From the UHGV virus genome UHGV-0277313: DNA of 64,000 nucleotides; one strand, written 5' to 3'. Shown in pieces: positions 38,503 through 46,868 of the stretch. Both the position numbers and the translations under genes were made by a program. The notes under the pieces were generated by a model. It did not search any database and was not told the origin of the DNA. It saw only the letters and a program-made list of their open reading frames with translations. The stretch comes from a virus. Position 1 is the first letter of the stretch; each line of letters begins with the position of its first letter.

Positions 38503-39789
38503 ATGGTGTCATATACAGTTAAACAAACAGTTGTTGAAAACTTAAATGCAGATCTTGATGGAAAACAACCAGCTGGTGATTATCCTACAAATGCTTCTTT
38601 AACAGAATCTCTTCAATCCAATCTGTTTAATTATACAACGAACCGAATCCTTGAAATTCCACAAGATATTAAGTTAGAATTAAATGACGGTACTCTAACT
38701 TTAAAAGCAGGAAGCAAGCTTAGAAGATTAACAGGCGAAGAATATATAGTAAAAAATGATTTTAGCTTAAATACTTCTTATTACGGCTTTAATCAAACTT
38801 GTCTAATCATCCCTAGTCCAGATAATGATTTACCGAATACTGGTTTGGAGACTCCTAATATAGATATATGCGTGTCTGGAACTACGATACCAACCAGTAC
38901 CGCAGGCCAGTATTGTTTGTTTTTTAAAACAGATACAAAAGAATACTATTGGACAAGTGATAATGGTGTAACTTGGGAACGACGAGCTTATGCAGAATTT
39001 TTCCCTATCGCTATTGCTAAGGTCGGTACTGAAAACTGGACTTCTATCGAACAGGTTTTTAATGGATTTGGATACATCGGTTCAACAGTATTCGCATTAC
39101 CTGGTGTTAAGTACCAATTTGCTGACGGTCGTAATGAAGATGGAACGTATAAATCAATAACAAAAACATTTGATAATGTTTCATTAGTCAGCTACTCATA
39201 CCAAATCACAGGTACGGAAAGGCAACCATTGTCAATAAACGATCAAGGTACCTTGATTCGGACTTATAGGTATGTTATGCAAAATAACCAGCCAGCTCTA
39301 GGTGATACTGTTTTGTACAAACCAGAAATAAATGAAACCTTTAGAAGTGATGGTTCTGGTGTTTTTGCTAAATCAAGAGAAATTATCATAGCCACTGGTA
39401 TCTCAACAAACAGTGCATTTAATATTACTTCTTTTGAACCATTGGATGTTCCAACAATCAACTCTTATCAACGCACCGAATTAGCAGGAATGGGTATGCC
39501 AAGCAATAGGTACATTGAACTGACCTTAGGTGCAACTAACACTGCTTATGTTGCTCCTGCGAATGGATGGTTCACTTGTGTTAAACGAGCTGCATCTGCT
39601 GGTCAATATTTATATTTAAGGACGTTGAATAGCAATATAGGAAATCAGACAAGTATATCTAATGCTGGTGACTACGCAGTTGTTGCTATACCTATTTCTG
39701 CGGGTGATAGTTGCATTGTTATCTATACAGCAACAGGTGAAGGTGCTGCAGAACGTTTCCGTTTCGTCTATGCTCAAGGCGAACAATAA
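38503..39789 (+). CDS. Tail-fibre-like protein (paralog of 34535..35731)
   Basis: Shine-Dalgarno AAGGAG. DIKLELNDGTLTLKAGSK, VFNGFGYIGST, YIELTLGATNTAYVAPANGW and RFRFVYAQG motifs. Confidence 0.6.
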   Translation: MVSYTVKQTVVENLNADLDGKQPAGDYPTNASLTESLQSNLFNYTTNRILEIPQDIKLELNDGTLTLKAGSKLRRLTGEEYIVKNDFSLNTSYYGFNQTCLIIPSPDNDLPNTGLETPNIDICVSGTTIPTSTAGQYCLFFKTDTKEYYWTSDNGVTWERRAYAEFFPIAIAKVGTENWTSIEQVFNGFGYIGSTVFALPGVKYQFADGRNEDGTYKSITKTFDNVSLVSYSYQITGTERQPLSINDQGTLIRTYRYVMQNNQPALGDTVLYKPEINETFRSDGSGVFAKSREIIIATGISTNSAFNITSFEPLDVPTINSYQRTELAGMGMPSNRYIELTLGATNTAYVAPANGWFTCVKRAASAGQYLYLRTLNSNIGNQTSISNAGDYAVVAIPISAGDSCIVIYTATGEGAAERFRFVYAQGEQ

Positions 39790-39859
39790 TTTCAGGTTGA
39801 CAATTAATTTTGTTTCATATATAATTCTTTTTATAAACATAAAAGAAAGGATTAAAGAT

Positions 39860-40201
39860 ATGAAACTTGAAGATCTGTTTGATAAAATTGATGCATTACG
39901 CTTAAACAAAGAAGCAAAATATGAATTAAAAAGTGCAATTGAAAATGTCATAGACAGTTGTTGTGCCGAAGCTTTGAGAAAACAGCAAGAAAAACTTGAG
40001 CAACAAATTGAAAGTCTGAAACAACCGAGTGAAAGCTTTTTGGCACAATTAGAAACTGCAATTGCAAAACACCCTGAATTTATTACTGGAATCATTGACA
40101 ATCGAATTGAACAAGGTTTAAGTGTCCGATCTGAATATGTTATGGATGTTAACGATGGACACGAAGAAATTAGTTTGCGCTATTTCGGCCGTGAGCTTTA
40201 A
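39860..40201 (+). CDS. Coiled-coil hypothetical protein downstream of the fibre gene
   Basis: Shine-Dalgarno AAAGGA precedes ATG 39860. The track ORF from 39662 overlaps the fibre gene. Confidence 0.45.
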   Translation: MKLEDLFDKIDALRLNKEAKYELKSAIENVIDSCCAEALRKQQEKLEQQIESLKQPSESFLAQLETAIAKHPEFITGIIDNRIEQGLSVRSEYVMDVNDGHEEISLRYFGREL

Positions 40202-40515
40202 GCTTTCATTGGGTAAAATCGTAAAATTGCAGGTGCTGTTCCGCGAATAGAAATGACATCACCTGCAGAAACCCATGCATACCCGTTACCACCACACGAA
40301 CCTGAATCACCTAAATCAAACATTCTAGCAACTTCAACATTGTTAACAAGTAACCAGGTGTCACTATTCGATGAGACCTGCCAGCACCAAACTAAACCAT
40401 GTGACGGACAAGTATAAGGTGCAGTAATAACAACACCTTTTGCATAATCAGGCAGAAAGAGATTGATGTTTGTTTCTTTTCCTGACAAACGTGTACTTCC
40501 TTTAAAAATCGGCAT
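40198..40515 (-). CDS. Small Gly/Cys-containing protein (MPIFKGS... family)
   Basis: N-terminal MPIFKGSTRL resembles MPIYKGNKL of 33744..34385. Contains GDSGSCGGNGYAW. Confidence 0.5.
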   Translation of the reverse strand: MPIFKGSTRLSGKETNINLFLPDYAKGVVITAPYTCPSHGLVWCWQVSSNSDTWLLVNNVEVARMFDLGDSGSCGGNGYAWVSAGDVISIRGTAPAILRFYPMKA

Positions 40516-40556
40516 TGTATTTTTCCTAATTCATTTGTTTTCAATAATTGCAGAAC

Positions 40557-40576
40557 TTTAAGTCGTACGAGTAAAA
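40557..40576 (-). promoter_or_regulatory. Palindrome-box motif (ACTCGTACGACTTAAAGTTC on the minus strand) directed at 40198..40515
   Basis: TCGTACGAC plus TTAAAGTTC. Confidence 0.45.
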
Positions 40577-40599
40577 ATTTTTAATTCATAAAATAAACT

Positions 40600-40619
40600 A
40601 TTCGTACGACTTGAAGTTC
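40600..40619 (+). promoter_or_regulatory. Palindrome-box motif ATTCGTACGACTTGAAGTTC ~35 nt upstream of 40654
   Basis: TCGTACGAC plus TTGAAGTTC. Confidence 0.45.
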
Positions 40620-40653
40620 TTAAATGTAGTAATGTCAATAAAGGTTAAATGCA

Positions 40654-41397
40654 ATGTCAACATTCACATTGAAACAAGAAACGATCACAGGTCTATCTGA
40701 CAGTTTAGATATTAAACAAGATAAAAACAATGCTGTTACAACCGATTCAAACCAAACGATTACATGTGATAAAACATTTACAACACAAATGCCTTTAAGG
40801 TTTCAAGTGGAAGCTAATCAACAACACACACCGTCTGAATATGTTGTTAGACAATTCGGTTTGCTTCAAAATAAAACATACACAAAAGGTGATGGTTTTT
40901 CATCTTGGATACAAGGTTATCGAGGAAGTGATGGATATACAGTTTCAAGCTTGCATGTTCGCCGTTTTCTTGAAGACGATGAAAATGAGATTGTTGCTGA
41001 ATTAAATATTGCAGTGGAACCAAACGGAAACACTGTAGCAACATGCCCTTCACCTATTGATCAAGCTAATGGTGATCAAATAGCAACAGCATCATGGTCA
41101 CGAAAAATAATTTCAATGGTTCCAGGAAACTATATCAATTTGACTTTAGGCGCTTCAGATAGCAAATATACTGCGCCAGCAAATGGTTATGTTGTTCTTC
41201 AAAAAAGCTCCACAAAACAAGGGCAAGAAATAAGATTGACAAATTCAACAAACAGACTTGTTGGGTATGCGACATCAGGAATTGATACAAATCGTGCTTT
41301 AGGTTGTGTAGTACATTGTCGAAAAGGGGATATTATCAACGTGTTTTATTCTGCTGATGGCAACACTGAATGGTTTAGGTTTGTTTATACTGCATAA
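40654..41397 (+). CDS. Tail-fibre-like protein
   Basis: NNAVTTDSNQTITCDKTFTT and YTKGDGFSSWIQGYRGSDG...VRRFLEDD motifs. C-terminal YINLTLGASDSKYTAPANGY...EWFRFVYTA is shared with 34535 and 38503. Confidence 0.6.
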   Translation: MSTFTLKQETITGLSDSLDIKQDKNNAVTTDSNQTITCDKTFTTQMPLRFQVEANQQHTPSEYVVRQFGLLQNKTYTKGDGFSSWIQGYRGSDGYTVSSLHVRRFLEDDENEIVAELNIAVEPNGNTVATCPSPIDQANGDQIATASWSRKIISMVPGNYINLTLGASDSKYTAPANGYVVLQKSSTKQGQEIRLTNSTNRLVGYATSGIDTNRALGCVVHCRKGDIINVFYSADGNTEWFRFVYTA

Positions 41398-41419
41398 ACA
41401 CCAATAAATAAAAAGACTC

Positions 41420-41448
41420 TTGACAAATTTCAAAACATATGTTATTCG
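41420..41448 (+). promoter_or_regulatory. Promoter-like element TTGACA-N17 (weak -10), copy 1 of a duplicated ~40-nt element
   Basis: AAAGACTCTTGACAAATTTCAAAACATATGTTA matches 41676..41712. Confidence 0.4.
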
Positions 41449-41495
41449 TAACATAAATATTGATTTTTAATTTTCTATAATGTTGAGGTACAAAA

Positions 41496-41642
41496 ATGAG
41501 TCACTACTATTCTGAAGAAATCTATGATTTGGAAATGGAAATCATAAAGCTGAAGCGTGAAAATGATGAACTTCGTAAACAGCTGAAGGAAAAAGAATCG
41601 CGAATCATAGAACTGGAACAAGTTAAGAGTGAAGCTAAATGA
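41496..41642 (+). CDS. Small coiled-coil protein (48 aa)
   Basis: Shine-Dalgarno GAGGT precedes the ATG. Heptad-like EIIKLKRENDELRKQLKEKE. Lies between the two promoter-like repeats. Confidence 0.4.
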   Translation: MSHYYSEEIYDLEMEIIKLKRENDELRKQLKEKESRIIELEQVKSEAK

Positions 41643-41682
41643 ATGCAAGATAATTATTTGTTCACATTATTCTTTAAAAGAC

Positions 41683-41711
41683 TTGACAAATTCTAAAACA
41701 TATGTTAAGTT
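41683..41711 (+). promoter_or_regulatory. Promoter-like element TTGACA-N17-TAAGTT, copy 2
   Basis: AAAGACTTGACAAATTCTAAAACATATGTTAAGTT. Shine-Dalgarno AAAGGAAAAGGTG follows before 41749. Confidence 0.45.
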
Positions 41712-41748
41712 CATAATATCATTTAAAGGAAAAGGTGTTGAATAAACT

Positions 41749-42249
41749 ATGGAATGGACAGAAGATATTGTTGAAGAATTGAAAAAGTTGTGGGCTGAAG
41801 GTCATACAACACAGAGAATTGCTGATATGATGCACACAACAAAAGGCACCATTATTGGCAAAGTGCATCGTCTTCAGCTTCCTTCACGTATAAAAAAAGA
41901 TAAGCACGTTTGTACTTGTCACTGTGAAAAACATGATAAAAAGAAATCACCTTGTATTGAGATTAAAGAAACAAGCATTGGTGGACATTCTAATGTAACT
42001 GACGAAACTGCATTCAACAACTTGTATGAAAGTTCGATAAAGAATGATGATCGTTGTCACAGCAAGTATGGCAAGACGTTGTATGAATTGAAACATAATG
42101 AATGCAGATGGCCTATTGGAGATCCGAAATCACCTGAATTTCATTTTTGTGGTGAAAAAACAGTTAACGGAAAACCTTACTGCGCCAAACATTGTGCATT
42201 TGCATATGTTACAGTTAGTTCAAATAAAGACTTGAAAGATATTTCTTAA
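41749..42249 (+). CDS. gcrA: GcrA-like cell-cycle-type transcriptional regulator
   Basis: N-terminal MEWTEDIVEELKKLWAEGHTTQRIADMM...TIIGKVHRLQL. C-terminal CRWPIGDP...FCGE...KPYCAKHCAFAY. Confidence 0.6.
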   Translation: MEWTEDIVEELKKLWAEGHTTQRIADMMHTTKGTIIGKVHRLQLPSRIKKDKHVCTCHCEKHDKKKSPCIEIKETSIGGHSNVTDETAFNNLYESSIKNDDRCHSKYGKTLYELKHNECRWPIGDPKSPEFHFCGEKTVNGKPYCAKHCAFAYVTVSSNKDLKDIS

Positions 42250-42253
42250 ACAA

Positions 42254-42276
42254 AAGGCCGAATAGAATCGGCCTTT
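42254..42276. terminator. Bidirectional terminator hairpin
   Basis: AAGGCCGA-atagaa-TCGGCCTT followed by TTTTCTT. Confidence 0.65.
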
Positions 42277-42279
42277 TTC

Positions 42280-42783
42280 TTATTCTGGAATAAAATAAAA
42301 CACATTTGCATCAGGGTTTGCAGGTAATGTTGACACAATTTGCATTTTGGAATTAAACCATTTATTAGTTAATATTTGGTTATCATTACTTCCATCAACT
42401 GGCGGCGTTGGTGCAGTAGCAAATGTTGAACCATCACTTCCACGAACACCAACAGCTAAATTGGCATAATGATCAGTCCCTTCAACATTATGATGTGCAG
42501 TTAATTGCATAACTGCATCTTTTGTTGGCGCACCACTATTCAGAAAAGACTCACAATAACCTGTATTTAAATCACCTTTTCTAAAAATTAATGATCCTGA
42601 CCATGTGTTTGAATCTGAAGCTTTTGATGCCATAATAACATCTGTACGTACAGTATCTGTTGACATATCGAATGTTTTCAAAGACTTGATTGTTTGAGGT
42701 TCATTAAGTGTTACAGCACTGTCTAAATCTGTTTTTAAATCTTTGACTGAATTGATTTCTAGTTTATGTGATGTAATCGGCAT
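42280..42783 (-). CDS. Tail-fibre-like protein (short)
   Basis: LNEPQTIKSLKTFD fibre repeat. NDNQILTNKWF resembles the IATTAW motif. Confidence 0.5.
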   Translation of the reverse strand: MPITSHKLEINSVKDLKTDLDSAVTLNEPQTIKSLKTFDMSTDTVRTDVIMASKASDSNTWSGSLIFRKGDLNTGYCESFLNSGAPTKDAVMQLTAHHNVEGTDHYANLAVGVRGSDGSTFATAPTPPVDGSNDNQILTNKWFNSKMQIVSTLPANPDANVFYFIPE

Positions 42784-42851
42784 GTGAATACCTTTCTAAA
42801 AGAACACTATAAAATAGAACATTTTAAACAGTTGTCACACAGAGTTAAAGT

Positions 42852-43349
42852 TCAAATTAAATTCAATACAGATTCACCTGCTTGACGGTACAGATCTTCA
42901 ACTTGATTGAAACAATCAGATATGTGTTCAAAATTTATAATTTGTTTCTTAATGATAGGTCTTGATGGTATAAGATTGTTATTAACAACTAAATCATTTT
43001 TAGCAAACGTAAATTCAAAATTCTTTTTTAAAATGATTAATGAAGTCTGATTTATTTCAATAGCAAAGAAACTTTCTTTAACTTGTTTGATCTTTATCAA
43101 CAAGCAATTGCCATTCCAACCTGAATTACATAAAAAAGTTTCAAGTTTATTTAGAAAACCATAAACATCATAAGTTTCTAAATCAGGTCCACTTCTTCTG
43201 TTAAGTAAAGTAGGAAAATTTTTATAAAGCTCAACAATTGAAAATAATACTAGAGGGTAATTCTTATATTTTTGTAAGAAGATTTTCTCATTTATTTCAA
43301 AAACTTTATGATTTCCTTCTGTACCTAAATTGTAAATATTTCCTTGCAT
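42852..43349 (-). CDS. Hypothetical protein
   Basis: 165-aa ORF. Confidence 0.5.
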   Translation of the reverse strand: MQGNIYNLGTEGNHKVFEINEKIFLQKYKNYPLVLFSIVELYKNFPTLLNRRSGPDLETYDVYGFLNKLETFLCNSGWNGNCLLIKIKQVKESFFAIEINQTSLIILKKNFEFTFAKNDLVVNNNLIPSRPIIKKQIINFEHISDCFNQVEDLYRQAGESVLNLI

Positions 43350-43354
43350 TTAGC

Positions 43355-43843
43355 TCAACACAAACAATTATTAATATCTTCAAAAGAAGTTGTAATTGGA
43401 ACTGTTAATTCTTTTCCATTATAATTAATTAGATAATTTTTAGAAAATGAATTATAAACAATATACAACTTTACACCTTTTTCTATTAAATAATTAGGAA
43501 TATCACTAACATATTCCACACGATTCGCACATTGAATTTGTTGAAAATCAGTCAACGTATAAGAGTATTCCGTATAAACAGGTTTTTTTGTTGGTATATA
43601 ATTGATAGTTCTTCTTTCTTGTTTTACACAAGCAGAGAACGAAACCAAATCACCCTTTTTGAACTTAACGTTATTATCAACAAGGTTACAGTTTACCTTC
43701 AATTTATCAAGCATTTTAATACCATCAAGCATTACGCCTTTTAACAACATATATTCACCATCATTGTAAATACTATATTCATGAAAAGTTGCAACATACT
43801 TCATACGGCGGTTTGAACCGATTGAACACAAATCTTTGAACAT
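43355..43843 (-). CDS. Hypothetical protein
   Basis: 162-aa ORF. Its stop lies 5 nt upstream of the start of 42852..43349. Confidence 0.5.
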   Translation of the reverse strand: MFKDLCSIGSNRRMKYVATFHEYSIYNDGEYMLLKGVMLDGIKMLDKLKVNCNLVDNNVKFKKGDLVSFSACVKQERRTINYIPTKKPVYTEYSYTLTDFQQIQCANRVEYVSDIPNYLIEKGVKLYIVYNSFSKNYLINYNGKELTVPITTSFEDINNCLC

Positions 43844-43983
43844 ACTTTTTCCTTTTTATTTTTATGTTAATCATATAAATTAAATTATCAGAATAAAGCA
43901 CAAAAGTCAATTTTAAATATTTTATGAATAAAGCTTTATTGTGTTCTTTTAATTGCTTGGAATATAACTTAACAGGTGATAAA

Positions 43984-44679
43984 ATGGCAACACACAAAAT
44001 CGATAGCAAACAAATTGATCCGGCAACTGTTGCAACAACAGGTTATGTATCGAACTCAATAGATGAATTCGCTGGTACAGTAAATGTATCTTCTATTATG
44101 CGTACATCCGGTGACCAAACTATTTCAGGCACCAAAAGTTTTAGTGGCAAGCTAAACTATACTGCCACTATTGACGCTGCTGCAAACGATCAGCAACCTG
44201 CCACAACAGCATGGTGTAATTCAGCAAGTAGTATTGTTCACAAGACTGGCGATGAAACAATCAACGGGAATAAAACATTTTCTGAAACAATTAACGGTAC
44301 AGCAATGTATGCTAATTGGGGTGACCTTGCTGAAATGTATAATACAGATTTTAATTATAAAGAAGGTACTTTAGTTCAATTTGGCGGTGAAAAAGAAATG
44401 ACACTTGCTATTTCTGAAGCAAATGGTGTAATATCTTCTCAACCCGGTTTATTGATCAATAACAACAAGGAAGACAACATGCAACCGATCGCTTTAATAG
44501 GTAAAGTTCCTGTTCGTGCTGTTGGTATTGTACATAAATTTGACAGAATCACATTGTCTGATATTCCTGGCGTTGCTAAAGTTGCTAAAGATGGTGATAA
44601 AGTTATTGGTGTAGCTTTAGAAAATAAATTAGATGATGATGAAAATTTGGTTTTGTGTTCAGTTAAACTAAAATTCTGA
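43984..44679 (+). CDS. Tail-fibre-like protein
   Basis: Shine-Dalgarno AGGTGA precedes ATG 43984. GDQTISGTKSFSG, NDQQPATTAWCN and GDETINGNKTFS motifs. Confidence 0.55.
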   Translation: MATHKIDSKQIDPATVATTGYVSNSIDEFAGTVNVSSIMRTSGDQTISGTKSFSGKLNYTATIDAAANDQQPATTAWCNSASSIVHKTGDETINGNKTFSETINGTAMYANWGDLAEMYNTDFNYKEGTLVQFGGEKEMTLAISEANGVISSQPGLLINNNKEDNMQPIALIGKVPVRAVGIVHKFDRITLSDIPGVAKVAKDGDKVIGVALENKLDDDENLVLCSVKLKF

Positions 44680-45089
44680 TGAAGAAACATCTATTAGATA
44701 AAAGAAATTTATCATATTTGATCAACGACTGGGATGATTTAAATCTTCCGTTTACTATAAACGATAATGATATTGCATCTCAAGTCGTTGATTTCTTTTG
44801 TAAACAATCTGAATTAGTATATCCGGCAAAATCATATTTTGTTGCTATCGTTTATGCAAAATGTCTTGAAAACTTCTTTCATGAAGATTTTTATGAATGT
44901 TTGTCTGATAAAGATCTATTACCTGATGATAAGTTTTTCAAAACATATATTGACTCTCAAGAAATTTATGATAAGATATTAACACAAATTAAAGACCCGT
45001 TAACATATAAATCTGTCGAAAAGACTGTAAGTTATTTTAAAAAGGAATTTCTTATTGGAACTAATAATCAAACCAACAGGCCGTTGTAA
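44679..45089 (+). CDS. Hypothetical protein
   Basis: ATGA overlap with the upstream stop. Confidence 0.45.
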   Translation: MKKHLLDKRNLSYLINDWDDLNLPFTINDNDIASQVVDFFCKQSELVYPAKSYFVAIVYAKCLENFFHEDFYECLSDKDLLPDDKFFKTYIDSQEIYDKILTQIKDPLTYKSVEKTVSYFKKEFLIGTNNQTNRPL

Positions 45090-46014
45090 CTTTAATTGCA
45101 AATTCTGTAGCGCTAATTTATTAAGCATTAAGCATCAAACAAAAGTACCAAATGAATTAATCAAAATAATTCAAACTATAAAGCCAAACAGTCTTATTTT
45201 TACAGGTGGGGATCCTTTATTAGTTGGCCCTGGATATTATTATGAAATTTTATCTTTAGGTAATTTTTCTATTTCATTAACAACAAACCTAAAAGATTAT
45301 TACATTCAATCAAAAAAATGGATTGATTTATTCAAAAATAAGCGTGTCGGAATTTGCACATCTTTTCAATACGGAAATGAACGCATGTGGAATTCTGAAC
45401 AGGTTTATAGTGAAGATGTATTTAAAAAAGTTATGAAAAGATTTAAAGAAGATGTTGGTTATACACCTTCGTTTATTTCAGTCATTTCTAAATCAAATGA
45501 GGATAAAGCATTAGATCATTTATATCTTGCAAAGGAGTTGAAAACTAAATGCAAGATTAACGGCGTCTTGCCGATCGGATTGTCAAAAGAATATTACCCT
45601 TTATATAAAATGATCGATATTTGGTTGCAAATAAAAGAAAATAATCTTGAAAAATATTGGGACAACAAAATTCAATTTCACAATGGCGGTTGCAATTTTA
45701 ATACAAACTTAATATGCTCAAGCACCATTCGCTCTTTCTGGCTTGATAACAACAATAACATACATTATAATAATTGCGAAGATTGTGCTGTACGTGGCTC
45801 TCGTATTCCTTTAGATACCAACATAGTTATCCCTAAAGAAGAAAATCTGAAGCCAGAACAATTGATTTCTCAAGACTGTTTATGTTGTGAACTATGCAGG
45901 CTATGCAATGCTTGTAAATCAACAAGACAATCAATTCTTGATAAACAGACTTTTTGTTCTGAAATGAAAAAACGGAAACAGAAGATATTGGATGCTAAAT
46001 GGAAAATCTATTAA
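45055..46014 (+). CDS. Radical SAM/SPASM-like enzyme (array B, 1)
   Basis: IKPTGRCNFNCKFC and FTGGDPLL motifs. C-terminal CLCCELCRLCNACKS. Confidence 0.65.
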   Translation: MELIIKPTGRCNFNCKFCSANLLSIKHQTKVPNELIKIIQTIKPNSLIFTGGDPLLVGPGYYYEILSLGNFSISLTTNLKDYYIQSKKWIDLFKNKRVGICTSFQYGNERMWNSEQVYSEDVFKKVMKRFKEDVGYTPSFISVISKSNEDKALDHLYLAKELKTKCKINGVLPIGLSKEYYPLYKMIDIWLQIKENNLEKYWDNKIQFHNGGCNFNTNLICSSTIRSFWLDNNNNIHYNNCEDCAVRGSRIPLDTNIVIPKEENLKPEQLISQDCLCCELCRLCNACKSTRQSILDKQTFCSEMKKRKQKILDAKWKIY

Positions 46015-46802
46015 CTGCACTGTATGTAATTCCGAATTATCAATGCAATCTGGCATGTCCACATTGTACATTGCACAATTATAATATAGAGTACGATGAA
46101 GAAACATTTATAGATACATTGGTTAAAACGAACGCCAAAAAATGCATTCTATTTGGTGGTGAGCCATTGTTGTATTTTGAAAGATTTAAACGTATTTTGG
46201 AAACTAAAAAGATTCACTCAATATCAACAAATCTTTTATTACTATCAAGAGAATCACTCAATTTAATTAAACATTACAATATTAGTATTGCAACTTCTTG
46301 GAATTTAAAAAGATTCACAAACGATCAATTAAATAAATGGTTTGACAATATTAAAAATGTACAATGTGATGTTTTAATAACAATGACAGACGATTTGATA
46401 ACTAAAAGCGGTACAGAAAAAATGTTTGAAATTTTAGAACATTTAGAAAATTTTGGTACTGTAAAAAATATTATTTTCGAACAAGTTGTCGATGATAGAA
46501 TGGATGAACAACATTATGAACAAGTTGACAACTGGTTGTGCAATATACATGATAATTGGCATTTTAAAATGAATAATGCTATCGAAGATAAACTAGATAA
46601 ATGCATTCTGGATTGTTCAAAAGTTAAAACACTTGAACCTAACGGTATCTTGCATAATGGTTGCCCACAATTTAAAACAGTTCATATTGTTAACAAATGT
46701 TTAAGTTGTGAATTAAATAAAATTTGTAAACCATGTATTTTACAAAAACATTGCACGTTTCCTACAAAACTTTACAACAAATTAAAGGTTATTTTAAAAT
46801 AA
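45999..46802 (+). CDS. Radical SAM/SPASM-like enzyme (array B, 2)
   Basis: CNLACPHC and LFGGEPLLY motifs. C-terminal CLSCELNKICKPCILQKHC. Confidence 0.65.
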   Translation: MENLLTALYVIPNYQCNLACPHCTLHNYNIEYDEETFIDTLVKTNAKKCILFGGEPLLYFERFKRILETKKIHSISTNLLLLSRESLNLIKHYNISIATSWNLKRFTNDQLNKWFDNIKNVQCDVLITMTDDLITKSGTEKMFEILEHLENFGTVKNIIFEQVVDDRMDEQHYEQVDNWLCNIHDNWHFKMNNAIEDKLDKCILDCSKVKTLEPNGILHNGCPQFKTVHIVNKCLSCELNKICKPCILQKHCTFPTKLYNKLKVILK

Positions 46803-46868
46803 GCCTTGATTTTTAAATTTTTATAATTTATAATAAATAAAAATAAAGAATTTTATAAGGTTTATAAA
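46788..46868 (+). repeat. Conserved 5' leader of the TnpB-like gene (begins TTATTTTAAAATAAGCCTTGA)
   Basis: Same length and ~70% identity to the revcomp of 37796..37875. Overlaps the 3' end of the rSAM gene. Confidence 0.45.
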
